DNA from: Hyaloraphidium curvatum SAG 235-1
Lineage: Eukaryota > Fungi > Monoblepharomycota
Direction of reading: 5' to 3'
NCBI GenBank assembly: GCA_025558095.1
Contig: JAIVFI010000012.1
Coordinates: forward strand, 434,001-498,000
DNA: 64,000 nucleotides
Shown piece by piece: positions 61,382-64,000 of the stretch. Every line of letters starts with the position of its first letter. The stretch's first letter is position 1. Position numbers and translations under genes: made by a program. The notes beneath the pieces were generated by a model. It was not told where the DNA came from, made no database searches, and worked only from the letters and a program-made list of their open reading frames with translations.

Positions 61382-62601
61382 GGGGGTATGGGTATGGTAT
61401 TGGTGACCCGGACCTGCCCCTGGCTTGGCCGCTATTACACCACCATTGGTTTGTTTAGCTGTGTCGACGACCTATCTGCCTCCTCCTTCCCTTGAATCCA
61501 CAGTATGCTCCAGTCCCGGTGTTGTTTGCTGGCAGGAAAACCTTCCCACGAAGGTGAAAAACCTTCCAGAAAGAATGAGCAGTTTGGTTTCGGTTTGGGT
61601 TTTGGGACCTTCCCATCCAGCGGGTACAATGTCAGGCATGCAGCTTCATCTAGGTCCTGAAAAGTTCAGTGTTGGTTCTGGTCAAAAGGTGCTGGATTCG
61701 CCGTGTAGGCGAGCAAAGAGCCGTAGGGCTCCTGCCTCCATTCCCCGTGTGTCTTGGAGTCGCCATGTAGGCGAGCAAAGAGCCGTAGGGCTCCTGCCTC
61801 CATTCCCCGTGTGTCTTGGAGTCGCCGTGTAGGCGAGCAAAGAGCCGTAGGACTCCTGCCTCCATCCCCGTGCGCTTTGGAGTCGCCGTGCAGGCGAGCA
61901 AAGAAGCCGTAGGGCTCCTGCCTCCATCCCTGTGTTGGCCGCTTACGTGTCCAGAGACCGGAATCCACGGATATGTCGTTGTTTGCGCCGCGGCCCCTCC
62001 TTGAAGAGGCGCACCGGCGGGCAGTCAGCAGCGTTTAGAGCCAATGCGCCGCGCAGCTGCCTGCTCCATTCGCGCCCTTTCGCACCAGAAAGCGCACGCG
62101 GTTGGTCGCTTGTTGTTTGGCGGGGTGCGTCCACGCGAGCGACGCGTCCCATGTTTGACGTGCGCCGCCGTTAAGTGTCATGTTTCTGCGCCCAGAGCCA
62201 GAGAGCCACGCGGTCCTACGGCACGTTTTTCAAGCGGCACACGTGAGGCACACGCTGTCGTAGGCCCGCGGTCGCGTCTTCAGCACGCGACGCGTTGTTT
62301 GCCCACTAACAGACGCGGCGCCCCCCGGAGAAGAGCCTAGCCGCCCTGCAGGGCCAGCGCAAGCCTCTTGAGGCCAATGGGCTCCTCAAGCGCTTTTGCG
62401 GCGTCGCCTGCCACGCTTGGGGCACCGGTTTTGCAGCCGGTCCCGTCTGCGCGTCCCCGGGTGCCCAACCCGCACACCGCGCCGGCGCCGCGCTAGAGGG
62501 CAGGAGCCCTAAAGCACGACGACCCCAGACACTGCTGCTCCGCTGCTCGCGGCCCAAAGAGCGCGCGCGAGCAGCGGGGTGGGCAGGGGTGTTTGGAATT
62601 T
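61382..62601 (-). mobile_element. Non-autonomous (SINE-like) retroposon sharing the LINE 3' end
   Basis: 44/46-nt identity of 61397-61442 to the LINE 3' UTR motif, own simple tail, 6-bp candidate TSD, no RT-like ORF. Confidence 0.7.
61698..61935. repeat. ~62-bp tandem repeat, ~3.8 copies
   Basis: Units start at 61698, 61760, 61822, 61883 (TCGCCGTGTAGGCGAGCAAAGAGCCGTAGGGCTCCTGCCTCC...). Confidence 0.95.
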
Positions 62602-62833
62602 GACTTGTCATCGCAAGGGAATGGACAACGGGTCAACGTGAAACTGTCCCTCTCCCCATCCCGTCCATCTGAGTTCTGACCCGGTTCAGACCACTGGGGC
62701 TACGTCTTCCCCACGCCCCATAGCCACTCCAACAAGTTGGCCGGATCACCAACATACAATCCTGGTCCCTCCTCCAATACTGGACTTTCTACTGGTGACT
62801 GCTGGAATGAAGGCTACAAGCTTTCTATAGCTC

Positions 62834-64000
62834 CTAGGGAGTGCTGGTGTTCTTCACACTGGTGCTAAGGACTATGCCTGCAGCCACTGTCTCGCCTGCT
62901 GCCCTCAGCGTTATTCTCCCCAAATCCTTTGAAGCCCTAAACTCCTCAAGGCACACGTCCCTTTCCGTTGCCAGCTCAACAACTGCACTAGCTTTTGAAG
63001 GCAAACGGCGTGGATTGAGCTGCTCCACCTCCCCAGTGCGCGGATTCTGCAGTTGCCTTATCTTCCTCAGCATAACCTCGCACGATGCACTGAGGCAGTG
63101 TAGGACCAGCTGACGTAATGCAGAATCAAGCAACAATGGTGCTCCACTTGCTCCGAACACCTACTTTGGAGCCCGGGATGAGTGGCATTTTCATGTCGAA
63201 TGTCACGATCTGAGCATCAAAGTGCTTGGTGATGGGTATAGGGGCGTCGACTGGGCACAGTGCATCAATTGCTCTGCAAAGGTATGAGTTAGAATAAAAG
63301 AGAAGAGCAGACACTGGAAGCCCGTTTACCCCAGATTGTTCAAGTCAAAACTCCCTTGCAACGATACCGACACAGGCTGGCGAGCTTGTGCCGCAGGAAC
63401 TGCTTCACCGTGGAGTTCAATGCCTGCATGAAAGCTGTTAGCAACACACGATTTACTGCAATGCAGCAAGAAGAAAACTCACCTTTGCAAGTGCCCGTGT
63501 CTCCTCCTGGAAGCATCAGAACCCTGTCACCAATCTGAATGCGTCCAGATGCGAGAATCCCGTGCAACGTGAACCCAGAAGGCCCGCCCTTGCCGAAATT
63601 GTGCACGATAATTCGCATTGGGCTGCCTGCAGATGAGGCTGGTATCGTAGATGAATCTGGGAACGACGGTGTCAATGACCGGCCCAGTTCCTCAGCAGAT
63701 GCTGCATCCAACCTATTGTCTCCAACAGAGTTTTCCCGGCGTACCAGGGGCACAGCTCCGACCTCTCCGACAGGTTGGTACCCAGCAGTCCACTGCAGGG
63801 GATGAAGGACACTTTCTTGAACCCTGTCTGGTCCAGAAAAGGCTGGAGCTTGGCAACAATTGAGTCGAAGCGACCCTTATCCCATCCAACCTAAGGTTCT
63901 GTTGGTCCAAAGTGCCCACGTTCCGTGCCACAGACCCACATTATCCATTTTGTTCACTGGTACAAAGGTCAATTGAGGGCGCGAAATGCAACATCCATGG
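62834..64000 (-). CDS. HBS1: HBS1-like translational GTPase, C-terminal domains II-III (starts beyond window)
   Basis: FVPVSG, GILASGRIQIGDRV, FDAQIVTFD..PLIPG, LGRITLRAAGETVAAGIV. Confidence 0.82.

Larger units (their letters stand above)
61276..62734 (+). repeat. Copia polypurine tract (61276-61284) and 3' LTR (61285-61381 plus 62608-62734) split by an insertion
   Basis: GAGGGGGAG then TGTTGGAATGG; right end CCACTCCAACA is a 10/11 inverted match; GACTTG duplicated at 61376-61381 and 62602-62607. Confidence 0.7.

Noticed and set aside
61698-61935. CRISPR-like array
   Set aside because: Units are contiguous and near-identical with no unique spacers; eukaryotic context; no cas genes.

Overview
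Eukaryotic, most likely fungal, genomic DNA. It is GC-rich with many short (~50-65 nt) GT-AG introns carrying GCTGAC-like branch sites and very short intergenic gaps; an early-diverging fungal lineage is plausible but not provable from the sequence. Bases 1-46.8 kb hold about 26 tightly packed genes: XDH 3' end, HIU hydrolase, P5C reductase, URA3, RCL1, an Rsc58/BRD7-like gene, a Psr1-type phosphatase, RIO1, TIM13, NudC, three mitoribosomal proteins, BiP, ATM/Tel1, an ANTH adaptor, NDUFS3, MPS1, dTMP kinase, Swi1-like, Arp9-like, prefoldin 3 and several orphans. The key unannotated element is a ~0.65-0.7 kb GC-rich gap at ~5280-5945. On the minus strand it reads as a telomerase RNA: CUAACCCUAA template, a 16-bp template-boundary hairpin, a vertebrate-like pseudoknot, a core-enclosing helix and a CR4/5 three-way junction with a canonical P6.1. 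Bases 46.9-62.7 kb form a retroelement island. It contains a 5'-truncated LINE, five ~2028-bp tandem chimeric derivatives in which the RT catalytic core is replaced by a gag zinc-knuckle fragment, a copia 3' half, and a 1.2-kb non-coding element that shares the LINE 3' end and sits in the copia LTR. An HBS1-like gene closes the window. Exon boundaries and RNA folds were read by eye and are approximate.
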